A stretch of DNA of 64,000 bases from Pristiophorus japonicus (GCF_044704955.1 NC_091984.1:146320001-146384000), one strand, 5' to 3'. Numbered from the stretch's first letter, positions 50,490-63,630 are shown. Translations and numbers: made by a program. The notes: generated by a model not told the origin, from the letters alone.

Positions 50490-51310
50490 ATGCGAATGGA
50501 ACTGAACACTGTGCAGTTATCAGTGAACATCCCCACTTCTGACCTTATGGTGGAGGGAAGGTCATTGGTGAAGCAGCTGAAGATGGTTGGGCCTAGGACA
50601 CTGCCCTGAGGAACTCCTGCAGCGATGTCCTGGGGCTAAGATGATTGACCTCCAACAACTACCACCATCTTCCTTTGTGCTCGGTATGACTCCAGCCAGT
50701 GAAGAGTTTTCCCCCTGATTCCCATTGACTTCAGGTTTAATGGGCTCCTTGATGCCACACTCGGTCAAATGCTGGCTTGATGTCAAGGGCAGTCACTCTC
50801 ACCTCACCTCTGGAATTCAGCTCTTTTGTCCATGCTTAGACCAATGCTGTAATGAGTTCTGGGGCCAAGTGGTCATCGCAGAACCCAAACTGAGCATCTG
50901 TGAGCAGGTTATTGGTGAGTAAGTGCCGTTTGATAGCACTGTTGATGACAACTTCCAGCACTTTGCTGATGATTGGGAGTAGACTGATGGGGCGGTAATT
51001 GGCCGGATTGGATTTGTCCTGCTTTTTGTGGACAGGACATACCTGGGCAGTTTTACACATTGTCGGATAGATGTCAGTGTTGTAGCTGTACTGGAACAGC
51101 TTGGCTAGAGGCGCGGATAGTTCTGGAGCACAAGATTTTAGCATGACAGCCAGGATGTTGCCGGGGCCCATAGCCTTTGCTGTATCCAGTGTGCTCAACC
51201 ATTTCTTGATATCACGTGGAGTGAATTGTATTGGCTGAAGACTGGCTTCTGAGATGGTGGGAACATCAGGAGGAGACCAATATGGATCATCCACTCGGCA
51301 CTTCTGGCTG
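50490..51310 (-). mobile_element. LINE RT fragment of a distinct CR1/L2-group family (related pieces at about 38040-38720 and 54720-55170)
   Basis: KQDKSNPANYRPISLLPIISKVLE, DAQFGF. Confidence 0.75.
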
Positions 51311-54300
51311 AATGCGAGGAGAGAGATTAAAAAGCAGCACCTCAAAGGTAGTAATCCCCGGATTACTCCTGGAGGCACCTGCTAGTGAATACAGAAACAG
51401 GAGGATAGAGAAGGTGAATGTGTGTCTGGAGAGATGGTGCAGGAGGAAGGGCTTTAGATTCCTGATGCATTGGGACCATTTCTGTTGGACATGTACAAAC
51501 TGGACGGGTTGCACCTCAATAGAGCCGGGACCAATATCCTCATGGGGGGGGATTTGCTCGTGCAGTTGGGGAGGGTTTAAACTAGCTTGGAAGGGGGATG
51601 GGAACCGGAGAATAGATTCAGTGGGGAGAGAAGTAAAGCTGAAATTGGGCAGCAGAGAAGTAGAAAGTGTATTTGCAAGACAGAGTAAGCAAGGGCTGGA
51701 AAATAGACAACAAGGCAGTTTGGCAGTGCGAAATGGTATATACTTCAATGCAAGGAGTATAGGGAATAAGGCAGATGAGCTGAGAGCATAGATAGACACT
51801 TGAGAGTACGATATTATAGCTATTACTGAGACATGGCTGAAAGAAGGGCAGGTATGGCAGCTCAACATTCCTGGTTACAGGGTTTTCAGACGGGATAGAG
51901 AGGGGGATAAAAAAGGAGGGGATCGCAGTATTAATTAAAGAAACAATTGCAGCTGTGAGAAGGGATGATATGTGAGAGGGGTCATCAAACGAGGCCATAT
52001 GGGTTGAATAGAAGAACAAAAAAGGGGCGATCACACTACTGGGACTGTACTATAGACCCCCAAACAATCGGAGGGAGATAGAAGAACAAATATTTGGGCA
52101 AATTGCTGCGAAGTGCAAAAACTATAGAGCTGTAATAGTGGGGAATTTCAACTACCCGAATATTAACTGGGAAAAAAGTAGTGTGAATGGTGCAGAAATT
52201 GTTAAAATGCATTCAGGAGAACTTCTTTAGCCAGTATGTAACAAGTGTACCAGATGGCGGGCGGTCGAGGGGATCGTTCAGCCCGAATGCCTGCCTCTTT
52301 TCTGCGGGTACATTCGAGCCACGGTGTCCCTGGAGATGGAGCACGCGGTGTCCAGCGGTACGCTCGCGGCCTTCCGCGAAACGTGGGCACCGGAGGGACT
52401 GGAGTGTGTCATCACCCCCGGCAACCAAATTTTAATTTGATCCTTTAAGTGTCAAAAGTTTAATTTGTTTAATGTGTCGGTTTTAGTGCACCTTTAAGAA
52501 TGGGACACTTTATTCATCGTTTCATCAAAATAGTTGTAACAAGTCCAACAAGGGATGGGGCAGTTCTGGACTTGGTTTTGGGGAGTGAAGAGGGGCAGGT
52601 GGAAAGGGTATCAGTGGGAGAGCAATTTGGTGTTCGTGATCATAATTCAGTTAGATTTAGGGAAGTTATGGAAAAGGACAAAGGTGGACCTGGAATTAAA
52701 GTTTTCAATTGGGGAAAAGCCAATTTTGCTGAGCTGAGATGGGATTTGGCCAAAGTGGACTGGAAACGGCTACTTGAAGGTAAATCAGTGTCAGAGCAGT
52801 GGGAGGCGTTCGCGGAGGATACCTCTACCACCCTTTCAGGCAGTAAGTTCCAGACCCCCACCATCTTCTGGGTGAAGTAATTTCCCCTCAAATCTCCTCT
52901 ATACCTCCCCACAATTACTTTAAATCTATGCCCCCTGGTTTTTGACCCCTCTGCCAAGGAAACCAGGTCCGTCCTATCCACTCTATCCAAGCCCCTCATA
53001 ATTTTATATACCTCAAGCAGATCTCCCCTCAGCTTCCTCTGTACCAAAGAAAACAACCCCAGCCTATCCAATCTTTCCTCATAGTTAAAATTCTCCAGTC
53101 CATGCAACATCCTCGTAAATCTCCTCTGTACCCTCGGTTTAATGTCTCATCCGAAGAAATCGTACTGTTAATGAAACACTGAAGGCAAGAACTTTGAAGT
53201 GGTGGGAATACTCAATGTATCAAGACAGGAACATTGTCAACATTGATTGTGACATCATGCACTCACAACCTCCCCATAGTATGCACAATGTGAGCACCAG
53301 ACCCGAGGACAGAACCCAAGGAGATGTGCCCAGCACCAATCCAAGACAATGATCAATGTAAAGCCAAAGTTGAATGTTATCAGGGCTGCTTTGCCGATTA
53401 TTGCCCTGTGATCGCGGGCACCAGCAGCACACGCACCTCTTGTGGGTACAGTCGTGTTGTGGTTATGTTGCTGCAGAGCACTCCACAGGCCTGCACTAAT
53501 AATCCCCACAATCTCACCATGGCCCTTTGACTATTTCAATTCAGCTCTTTTTTAAATTGTAGAAATAAAAAGCTGGTCTCAGTAAAAGTGACCACAAAGC
53601 TGTCAAATTGTCACAAAAGCCCAATTGGTTCAGTGACGTCCTTTAGGGAAGGAAACCTGCCGTCCTTGCCACATAAAAGGTTACTGCCCAAGATAAGAGC
53701 TCACGGGATTGTGGGTAATATATTAGCATGGATAGAGGATTGGCTAACTAACAGCAAACAGAGAGTCGGGATAAATGGGTCATTTTCAGGTTGGCAAACT
53801 GTAATTAGTGGGGTGCCACAGGGATCAGTGCTGGGGCCTCAACTATTTACAATCTATATAAATTACTTGGATGAAGGGACCGAGTGTAATGTAACCAAAT
53901 TTGCTGATGTACAAAGATAGGTTGGAAAGCAAGTTGTGAAGAGGACGCAACGATTCTGCAAATTGATACAGACAGGTGAAATAAAAGGGCAAAGATTTGT
54001 CAGATGGAGTATAATGTGGGAAAATTTGAGGTTATCCACTTTGGTAGGAAAAACAAAAAAGCAGATTATTATTTAAATGGGGAGAGATTACAAAATGCTG
54101 CGATACAGTCATTGATATCTTCCTGCAGTCTACAGCTTTCTTCTTCATTATCAACCACACGGCCGGTTTTAGTATCATCTGCAATCTTCTGAATCATACT
54201 CACGACATTGAAGTCTAAATCACTGATATGTACCACAAAAAGCAAGGGACCCAACACTGAGCCCTGCAGAACCCCACTGGAAACTGCCTTCCAATCACAA

Positions 54301-56009
54301 AAACACACATCAACCATTACCCTCTGCTTCCTGCCTCTGAACCAATTTTGGATCCAACTTGTCACTTTGCCCTGGATCCCATGGGCTTTTACTTTCATGA
54401 TAAGTCTGACATGTGGGAGCTTATCAAAAGCCTTGTTAAAATCCATACACACGACATGATATGCACTGCCCTCATCGATCCTCCTGGCTACCTCCGCAAA
54501 AAATTCAATCAAGTTATTCAGACATGACCTTCCCTTAACAAATCCATGCTGACTGTCCTTGATTAATCCGTGTTTTGTTCAATGAAGATTCTTCCTATCC
54601 CGCCCCCAAGGTTAGGCTGACTGACCTTTAGTGACTTGAACTATCCCTTTCTCCCTTTTTAAACAAAGGTACCACGTTTGCAGTCCTCCAGTCCTCCGGT
54701 ACCTGGGATTGCAATGTCAGCATCGCCGCTCTCGGACAGCTCGGTCAGTAATGGTGCTACCGAGACACTCTTGGTGATGAACAGTGAAGTCCCCCACCCA
54801 GAGAACACTCTGTGCCCTTGCTACTCTCAGTGCTTCTTCCAAGTGGTGTTCAACATGGAGGAGTACTGATTCATCAGCTGAGGGAGGGCGGGAGGTGGTA
54901 ATCAGCAGGAGATTTCATTGCCCGTGTTTGACCTGATGCCATCAGACTTCATGGGGTCCGGAGTCAATGTTGAGGACTCCCAGGGCCACTCCCTCCCGAC
55001 TGTATACCACTGAGCCACCACCTCGGGTGATGGAGGAGTCTGGGACATTGGCTGAAAGGTCTGATTCTGTGAGTAGGACGATGTCAGGCTGGTGCTTGAC
55101 TCGTCTGTGGGGCAGCTCTCCCACTTTTGACACAAGTCCCCAGATGTTGGTGAGGAGGACGTTGCAGGGTCAGCACTGAGCCTGGGTCCGCTGTCCGAGC
55201 CGGTCTGAGCTGCTGTTATTCTGCCTGATTGGATGGTTATTATTAGAGACTCAGACCACAGCAGAAATCCCCCGTGCAAAAAATAACTGAAGAGACTGTC
55301 AGATCGGAAGAATGAAACTTCACCCACAGAAGAAGTGAAAGAGGGAGGTTGTCACAGCTGTACGTTTGTTAATGGCACGGGAGAAAACTGTGAACCGCGC
55401 TCACAGCCTCGAATCTTACAGCACAGAAGGAGGCCATTCGGCCCATCGTGCCTGTGCCGGCTGTTTGAAAGAATTACCCAATTAGTCCCACCCCCCCTCT
55501 CTTTCCCCGTAACCCAGCAAATTGTTCCTTTTCAAGTATATATCCAATTCCATCAGCATTAGACTGCCCCTAGCCTGGGCACAACATTGGCATCTCATTC
55601 ATTCACTGGGACAGGAAATGGCTGCTGTGGAAAATGGAGCCCAGGGCTCTGAACATTCCCCCTCCTCTCCGGAGGAAGGCTTCATGCTGGGGTCCAGTTC
55701 CATGGGCCCCGACAGCAAGTTCCGACCTCATCCACTTCCCCATTCCACATGTGTAAGCCTGGACCCTCTCAGCACGATATCCGACTGCAGGAGGCCTCAC
55801 CACTGTGTCCAGCACTGTCCTCACCTGAAAACCCACATACAGCTTGCATTGATCTGAGGCCTTTAACATGCCAAAGGTCTCAAGACACTTCACATCGCTG
55901 CTGTCAGAGCGGGGAGAGTGGGGGTTCAGGGGGCTTTAGGAAGGATGATTGAAGGCCTGGGTGAAAGGATGGTGTTTGATGAAGGAGAGAGAGCTGGAGA
56001 GGGGGAGGG

Positions 56010-58480
56010 ATTAGAACATAAGGAATAAGAGCAGGAGTAGGCCATACGGCCCCTCGAGCCTGCTCCGCCATTTAATATGATCATGGCTGATCCGATAATG
56101 GACTCAATTTCACTTCCCTGCCCGCTCCCCATTACCCCTTATTCCCTTATCGGTTAAGAAACTGTCTATTTCTGTCTTAAATTTATTCAATGACCCAGCT
56201 TCCACAGCTCTCTGAGGCAACGAATTCCACAAATTTATAACCCTCTGAGAGAAAAAATTCCACCTCATCTCAGTTTTAAATGGGCGGCCCCTTATTCTAA
56301 GATTATGCCCTCTCGTTCTAGTCTCCCCTATCATTAATAACATCCTCTCTGTATCCACCTTGTCAAACCCCCTCATAATCTTATATGTTTTGATAAGATC
56401 ACCTCTCATTCTTCTGATTTCCAATGAGTAGAGGCCCAACCTACTCAACCTTTCCTCATAAGTCAACCCCCTTACCCCTGGAATCGACCGAGTGAACCTT
56501 CTCTGAACTGCCTCCAAAGCAAGTATGTCCTTTCTTAAATATGGAAACCAAAACTTTATGCAGTGTTCCAGTTGTGGCTTCACCAATACCCGGTATAACT
56601 GTAGCAAACACTTCCTTGCATTTATACTCCATCCCCTTTGCAATAAAGGCCAAGATTCCATTGGCCTTCCTGATCACTTGCTATACCTGCACACTAACCT
56701 TTTATGTTTCATGTACCAGGACCCCCAGGTCCCACTGTACTGCAACACTTTGTTATTTTTCTCCACATAAATAATAACTTGCTCTTCGATTTTTTTCTGC
56801 CAAAGTGTATAACCTCACACTTTCCAACATTATACTCAATCTGCCAAATGTTTGCCCACTCACTTAGCCTGTCTATGTCCTTTTGCAGCACTTTTGTGTT
56901 CTCCTCATACCTTGTTTTTACTCCTATCTTTGTAGCATCAGCAAACTTGGCTACATTACACTCGGTCCCATCTTCCAAGTTGTTAATATAGATTGTAAAT
57001 AATTGGGGTCGCAGCACTGATCCCTGTAGCACCCCACTAGTTACTGATTGCCAACCCAAGAATGAACCATTTATCCCAACTCTGATTTCTGTGAGTTAGC
57101 CAATCCTCTCTCCAAGCTGATATATTTCCCCCAACCTCATTAACTTCTATCTTGTGCCTTTTATGTGGCACCTTATCGAGTGCCTTCTGGAAATCCAAAT
57201 ACACCACATCCACTGGTTCCCCTTTATCCACCCTGCTCGTTAAATCCTCAAAGAATTCCAGAAAATTTGTCAAACATGACTTCCCCTTCATAAATCCATT
57301 CTGACTCTACCTGACTGAATTATGTTTTTCCAAATGGCCTGCTACTGTTTCTTTAATAATGAACTGCAACATTTTCCCAACCACAGATATTAGGCTAACT
57401 GATCTATAATTTTCTGCTTTTTGTCTGCATCCTTTTTTTAATAGGGCATTACTTTACAGTTTTCCAATCTGCTGGGATCTCCCCAGAATCCAGGGAATTT
57501 TGGTAAATTACAATCAATGCATCCACTATCCCTGTCGTTACTTCTCTTAAGACCCCAGGATGTAAGCCATCAGGTCCAGTGGATTTATCCGCCTTTAGTC
57601 CCATTATCTTACTGAGTACCACCTCCTTAGTGATTGTGATTGTGTTAAGTTCCTCCCCACACTATAAACCCCTGACTATGCACTATTGGGATATTTTTAG
57701 TGTCTTCTACCGTAAAGACTGCTTCAAAATATTTGTTCAGAGTTTCTGTCATCTCTATGTTCCCCATCACTAATTCTCCGGTCTCGACCTCGAAGGGACC
57801 AACATTGACTTTAGCCACTCTTTTCTTTTAGTTTACCTGTAGAAACTCTTGCTATCTGTTTTTATATTTTGTGCTAGTTTACTTTCATCTTCCCTTTCTT
57901 AATCATTTTTTTAGTCATTCTTTGCTGGATTTTAAAAGCTTCCCAATCTTCTGCCCTCCCACTAGTTTTGGCCACATTGTATGCCCTTTTTAAAAAAAAT
58001 TGGATACCCTCCTTTATTTCTTTAGTTAGCCATGGATGGCTATCTTTTCTTTTACACCCTTTTCTCCTCACTGGAATATATTTTTCTTGAGAGTTATTAA
58101 ATATCTCCTTAAATATATGCCACTGTTCATTAACCGTCCTACATTTTAATCTATTTTCCCAGTCCACTTTAGCCAACTCTGCCCTCATACTTTGTAGTCT
58201 CCTTTATTTAAGCTAGGTACGCTTTCTCACCCTCCATCTGAATTTGAAATTCAACCATGCTATGATCACTCATTGCAAGGGGATCGTTGACTGGGAGATT
58301 GTTTATTAATCCTGTCTCATTACACAGGACCAGATCTAAGATAGCCTGTCCCCTGGTTGGTTCTGTTACATACTGCTCAAGGAACCCATCCCTTATGCAC
58401 TCTATGAACTCTTCTTCAATGCTATCCTGACCAATTTGATTTATCCCATCAATATGGAGGTTAAAATCACCCATTACAAG
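56010..58480 (-). mobile_element. CR1 LINE ORF2 fragment
   Basis: ORFs 58208-58474 (MGDFN, LDLVLCNE), 57037-57291, 56709-57059, 56110-56661. Confidence 0.88.
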
Positions 58481-59150
58481 TCATACCACGACAACTTCCA
58501 GCGCGAGCTGCTCCACGTGAGCAACGGCTTCGAGGTGGGCGATTGGGTGACGTCATCAGAACCCAGGTCGCCATTTGGAGCGTGAGCAGGAGCATCAGCT
58601 GGGCCCAGGTAAAGCAGAGAAGCTGGAAGGTCGCGGCGGAGGTGTGGTGAGTGATCGAGGTGGAGGAGCGATGAGGGATCGTGGCTGAGATTCGGTGTGT
58701 GATCGTAGCAGAGTTCCGGCAAATGTTTAGTGCGGAGGTGCAGCGGGAGATTGTGGCAGAGGTCAGGCGAATGTTTAGTGCAAAGGAGCGGCGAGAGATC
58801 GTGGCAGAGGTGTGACTAATGAGGGTTCGGAGCCCAAAAGAGCCGAGGGCCCAGGGACAGCACGGGCCAGCCCACACTGTGATATGTGTGCGCACTAGGT
58901 CCGTGCAGCAGAGCAGGTCTCCAGTCGTCCTGGTTTACCCTTGCCACTGGATAAAGGCCTAGCTCTTTCAAGCCCGTGTGGTGGCTGATGTGCAACAGTC
59001 ACCACATGTTAAAAAAAATCTACACACAGGCATCTTCCACCCCCTCAATTGGCGTTCAGGTCTAGAATATCGGGTTCTTCATTGAGACATCTCTGAACTC
59101 ATTTGGAAGCAAGTCATCCTCGTTCGAGGGATCACCGAAGATGATGATGA

Positions 59151-59288
59151 GTAGGTCAGTGAGGTCAGGGGCAGTATGTCAGTGAGGTCAGGGGCAGTAG
59201 GTCAGTGAGGTCAGGGGCAGTAGGTCAGTGAGCTCAGGGGCAATAGGTCAGTGAGGTCAGGGGCAACAGGTCAGTGAGGTCTGGGGCC
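59151..59288. repeat. 23-bp tandem repeat, 6 copies (GTAGGTCAGTGAGGTCAGGGGCA)
   Basis: Read directly. Confidence 0.95.
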
Positions 59289-59490
59289 AATACGTGAGTG
59301 AGGGGGGGGGGAGAGAGGAGGGGAAGTGAGGGGGAGGGGGGGAGAGAGGAGGGGGAGTGAGGGGGAGGGGGGTGAGAGAGGAGGGGGGGGAGGAGATGGG
59401 GGAGAGACGAGGGGGAGAGAGGCGGGGGAGGGAGGGAAGGGAGGGAGTGGAGGGGGGAGGGGAAGGGGGAAAGGGGAGGAGGAGGGGGGA

Positions 59491-59664
59491 NNNNNNNNNN
59501 NNNNNNNNNNNNNNNNNNNNNNNNNNNNNNNNNNNNNNNNNNNNNNNNNNNNNNNNNNNNNNNNNNNNNNNNNNNNNNNNNNNNNNNNNNNNNNNNNNNN
59601 NNNNNNNNNNNNNNNNNNNNNNNNNNNNNNNNNNNNNNNNNNNNNNNNNNNNNNNNNNNNNNNN
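59491..59664. other. Assembly gap (N run) inside a G/A-rich polypurine tract (about 59300-59790)
   Basis: 174 N bases. Confidence 0.99.
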
Positions 59665-60099
59665 GGGGAGAGGGAGAGGGGGGGAGAGGGAGAGGGAGGG
59701 GGGAGAGCGGGGGGGAGAGGGTGGGCCGAGCGTCGGCGGAGGGAGGGAGGGTGGCATGATCGTCTCCGGGGGGGAGGGAGGGTAGGAGGGCCGAGCGTCG
59801 GCGGGGGTAGGGAGGCACGAACGTCACCGGGAGGAAGCCTGTACGTGAGGGCGAGGCGTGAAGTTCGGGCCCAAACCTGTGGATGGAGGGGGTTGAGGCT
59901 CACAGCCGTTGAGATCACCGGGGATTGTTCGGAGAAGCTGAGTCGGCCAATGGGGAGTGAGAAATGAGAAGCGTGGGTCCAGCTGGATGGACATGGCAGC
60001 AGGCAGGTCGACCTGGAAGGTAGGCTGAGTATGGGGGATGGACAGTGGGACCTTGTGCACGGGATTTTAGGGCTTTAGGGGTAGGTAAAATACTTTCAC

Positions 60100-61410
60100 C
60101 GCAGTCAAGTCCACCAAAGGCCCAAGGCCCCACCCCACTGCTGGCCAAGAACAGGGAGACACTCACCAAGGACACCAAGGCAGTCAGGACTCACTGGAAG
60201 GAGCACTTTGAAGATCTCCTTAATTGAGACTCAGCCTTAGACACGAGTGTCCTCGGCTCCATTCGCAGCATGCTACCCGCGACCTTCCCAGTGAAATCCC
60301 AGCCCTGCACGAGGTTGAAACATAGAAACATTGAAAATAGGTGCAGGAGTAGGCAATTTGGCCCTTTGAGCCTGCACCACCATTCAATAAGATCATGGCT
60401 GATCATTCACCTCAGTACCCCTTTCCTGCTTTCTCTCCATACCCATTGATCCCTTTGGCTGTAAGGGCCATATCTAACACCCTCTTGAATATATCCAATG
60501 AACTGGTATCAACAACTCTCTGCGGCAGGGAATTCGACAGGTTAACAACTCTCTGAGTGAAGAAGTTTCTCCTCATCTCAGCCCGAAATGGCCTACCCCC
60601 TATCCTGACTGTGTCCCCTGGTTCTGGACTTCCCTAACATTGGGAACATTCTTCCCTGTCCCGTCCCGTCAGAATCTTAAATGTTTCTATGAGATCCCCT
60701 CTCATCCTTCTAAACTCCAGTGTATAAAGTCCCAGTTGATCCAGTCTCCCCTCATATGTCATTTGTCAGCTCAAGAACAACAATGCATCGGGAGCAGATG
60801 GAATCGCTGCTGAGGCATTAAAGTATGGCAGAGAGGCACTATTGGCACAAATGCATAACCTCACCTCTCTCATCTGGAGGGAGGAGAGCATGCCGGGAGA
60901 TATCCGAGATGCAGTAATCCTGATCCATCTTTGAAAAAGGGGACAAGTCCGACTGCGGCAACCGCAGAGGAATCTCCCTGTTATCAGCCACTGGGAAAGT
61001 CATCGCGAGAATCCTCCTCAACCGTCTTCTCCCTGTGGTTGAGGAGCTCCTGTCGGAGTCACAATGCGGATTCCGTCCACTACGGGATACAACGGACATG
61101 ATATTTACGACGCGACAACTGCAAGAGAAAAGCAGGGAACAGCACCAACCTTGTCCATGGCCTTCTTTGACCTTATAATGGCCTTTGACACTGTTAACCA
61201 CAAGGGTCTGTGGAGCGTCGTCCTCCGTTTCGGCTGCCCCCAAAAGTTTGTCGCCATTCTCAGTCTGCTCCACGATGACATGCAGGCTGTGATCCTGACC
61301 AATGGATCCATCATAGACCCAATCCACGTCCGGATCTGGATCAAGCATGGCTGCGTCATCGCGCAAACTCTCTTCTCGATTTTCCTCACTGCAATGCTCC
61401 ACCTCACACT
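60100..61410 (+). mobile_element. RTE-clade LINE RT fragment with nested CR1 (about 60318-60760)
   Basis: HWKEHFEDLLN, GISLLSATGKV, ESQCGFRP, AFDTVN, FGCPQKFV, KHGCVIAQTLF. Confidence 0.85.
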
Positions 61411-61592
61411 ATTGGGGGACCAATAGGAAGGGGCCATGTTTCGTGGTCCCTACAGGAAGGCCAATACAGGAATGAGCCATGTTTCTTGGTCCATATTGGG
61501 GAACCAATAGGAAGGATCTATGTTTCCTGGTCCCTATTGGGGGACCAATCGGAAGGAGCCATTTTTCCTGGTCCCTATTGGAGGACCAGTGG
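61411..61592. repeat. Degenerate ~41-bp tandem repeat (about 4.5 copies) containing CCAAT and GGAAG
   Basis: GGGGACCAATAGGAAGGAGCCATGTTTCCTGGTCCCTATT-like units; inverted paralog at about 32710-32840. Confidence 0.8.
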
Positions 61593-62229
61593 GACATGGA
61601 GTCCATGGTTGACGTTGAGTGCGACCCTTCCTGTTGTAAATGTGGGATCGTTGGCACATGATCCCAGTAAAAACACCCTGACCCGTAGCGGGGCCATGGA
61701 AGGAGAAGCAGAGGGGAAGGGATTCGAAGATGTTCTGAGCGGAGAGGTTGGGGCAGTGGATCAGACCCTGTCCAGTCGCTTCAGCTCACACTGATGGGGT
61801 GAGGATCTCCTTGCTCTGCTGGGCCTTCATGAAATGTGCTTTCTGTCCAAACCGGTCCCCACTGAGAAGAGGCCCACAGCACAGAACGGCTCTTAATTGG
61901 GCAATAAGCAGCCAGTGTAATGAGAGAGGCCAAGGGATGGCCATTGTGGAGAATAGGCCCTGACTCCAGGAGAAGGCATGGTCTGGGGTCAAGGGTTAAT
62001 TGCTGGGGCAGGGCACAGGGAGGTTTACTCTGCAGTTCAGTGTGCTGCACCTGGGAGTCTGTGGGGGAGGGACAGGGAGCGAGAGAGAGGCTGTGAATCA
62101 GAGTCAGAGAGGTGTAGAGGGAAGCTGTGAGACAGAGGGCGATGAAGGCTGAGACAGACAGACAGACAGAGAGACAGAGACAGGGAGATGGAGTGCGGGA
62201 GGGAGAGAAGAGGAGGAAGTGAAATGTGC

Positions 62230-62309
62230 TGACGTTGCTTTCTCTGGGTGAAGATATTTACATACTGAGGGATGGGCAGTGAGGCTCTCACAGGCTGCAG
62301 GTTTATAAA
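62230..62309 (+). promoter_or_regulatory. Ig V promoter: CRE half-site, octamer variant, TATA box
   Basis: TGACGT 62230-62235; ATTTACAT 62256-62263 (octamer ATTTGCAT, 1 mismatch); TATAAA 62304-62309, 60 bp before the ATG. Confidence 0.75.
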
Positions 62310-62368
62310 GCAGAGCCCAGTGAAGGGCAGTTTATCAGTAAGCAGGCACAGGGACAGGAGCAGAGACT

Positions 62369-62417
62369 ATGATTTCACCCATCCAGCTGATCTGGCCTCT
62401 GGCATTCTGCGTCGCAG
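62369..62417 (+). CDS. IGKV: Ig light chain V leader exon (L-part1)
   Basis: MISPIQLIWPLAFCVA-G then GT donor at 62418; phase-1 180-bp intron. Confidence 0.93.
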
Positions 62418-62597
62418 GTACCAATCTCTCTCCTTCCATGTTTAATATCTCCCTGCTGTCGATTCTTTCCAACTCTACTGACCAGTGATTGAAGGGCAAA
62501 TGCTGACACTAGAGGAGAGCTCAGTGTCTCGAGCAATCTCTCATTTTACAGCGTCTTTCTGTGACAGTGCTTACTTCAATTTTTTTCCCCATTTCAG

Positions 62598-62895
62598 GTA
62601 TCAGTGGGGACATCATCATGACCCAGTCTCCCCCGGTGCTGTCAGTGAGTGAGGGACAGACTGCAAAGATCACCTGTACTGCCAGTGCATACATTGGTGT
62701 TGCCCTTGCTTGGTACCAGCAGAAAGCCGGGCAGAAACCCTCTCTGCTGATCTATGCGGCAACATCTCGTTTCACTGGAACCTCCAATCGCTTTACCGGC
62801 AGTTACCAGTCCAACACGTTCACCCTGAGCATCAGCAACGTGCAGAGCGAGGATGTCGCAAACTATTACTGTCAGCAAGGGGAAAGCTCCCTCTA
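62598..62895 (+). CDS. IGKV: Ig kappa-type V exon, germline (unrearranged), open frame
   Basis: TTTCAG acceptor; (G)ISG-DIIMTQSPPVLSVSEGQTAKITC...WYQQKAGQKPSLLIY...EDVANYYCQQGESSL. Confidence 0.96.
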
Positions 62896-62923
62896 CACTG
62901 TGATACACAGCCGGACAAAAACC
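62896..62923 (+). promoter_or_regulatory. 12-spacer recombination signal sequence
   Basis: CACTGTG - ATACACAGCCGG (12 nt) - ACAAAAACC. Confidence 0.95.
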
Positions 62924-63284
62924 TCAATATACACAGGCCCACCTCCTGTATTGACTCACCCCACAGTTATATATAATATATAATAATGGACACACAGCCC
63001 CACCTCCTGTCTGGTTTTACACATGACTGACGCAGCTCGATGGGAGTGATGGCAGGAATATTCAGCTGGAAGCTGCAGTGAATTGGGAAAGGATGGAGTG
63101 GGTCAGAGAGGAGTTGGGGCTGTGTCTTCATCACTGACAATCTCACAGCTCTACTCTGTACATTCAGACAGCACGGAGACACTGGGTGGTCCTGTGTGCT
63201 CAATCCAAATAATCTCACAAACCTCCCACTATTGAGAGGGCCACAACTTATAAAACCCAAAGCATAAACATGAAAGGAAAGTGA

Positions 63285-63630
63285 ACAAGTGAAATGTTCG
63301 TGCTCTTTCCCTGCCCACCCCACACTCCAGGCCCTGCGGTGCCCAGCCGTCGCAGAGGCCTCAGGCCTGTCCCCATGGCCAGCTGGATGTGGACAAAGCA
63401 TCTGAAGGGAGGGAGACAGGCAGACAGTGCAATCACCCCATGGGCCCTGTGGATGGCCACCTTGGCCCGATCCAGGAGCAGGCCCACGGGGAGGCCCTTC
63501 GACCTGTCCGATTCCCCTACACCGCGTGACCAGGCCCAGGAGCGTGGGACTGAAGTGGAGCCAGAAATCGAGGAGCAGCCCCTTCAAATAGTGGAAGAGG
63601 GGCTGCATCCTCTCACACTCCACGTACACA
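63285..63630 (-). mobile_element. Old Tx1 LINE 3' fragment in the presumed V-J interval (another Tx1 3' piece at about 52255-52530, + strand)
   Basis: VYVECERMQPLFHYLKGLLLDFWLHFSPTLL, homologous to ORF 5070-5450. Confidence 0.75.

Noticed and set aside
59234-59967. Pro- or Gly-rich ORFs
   Set aside because: Low-complexity polypurine tract spanning an N gap
60063-60081. Telomere-like TTAGGG pair
   Set aside because: Only two imperfectly spaced copies; consistent with chance
62561-62983. 140-aa ORF as a single-exon gene or germline-joined VJ
   Set aside because: It starts in the intron and reads through the RSS; the intact 12-RSS shows V is unrearranged
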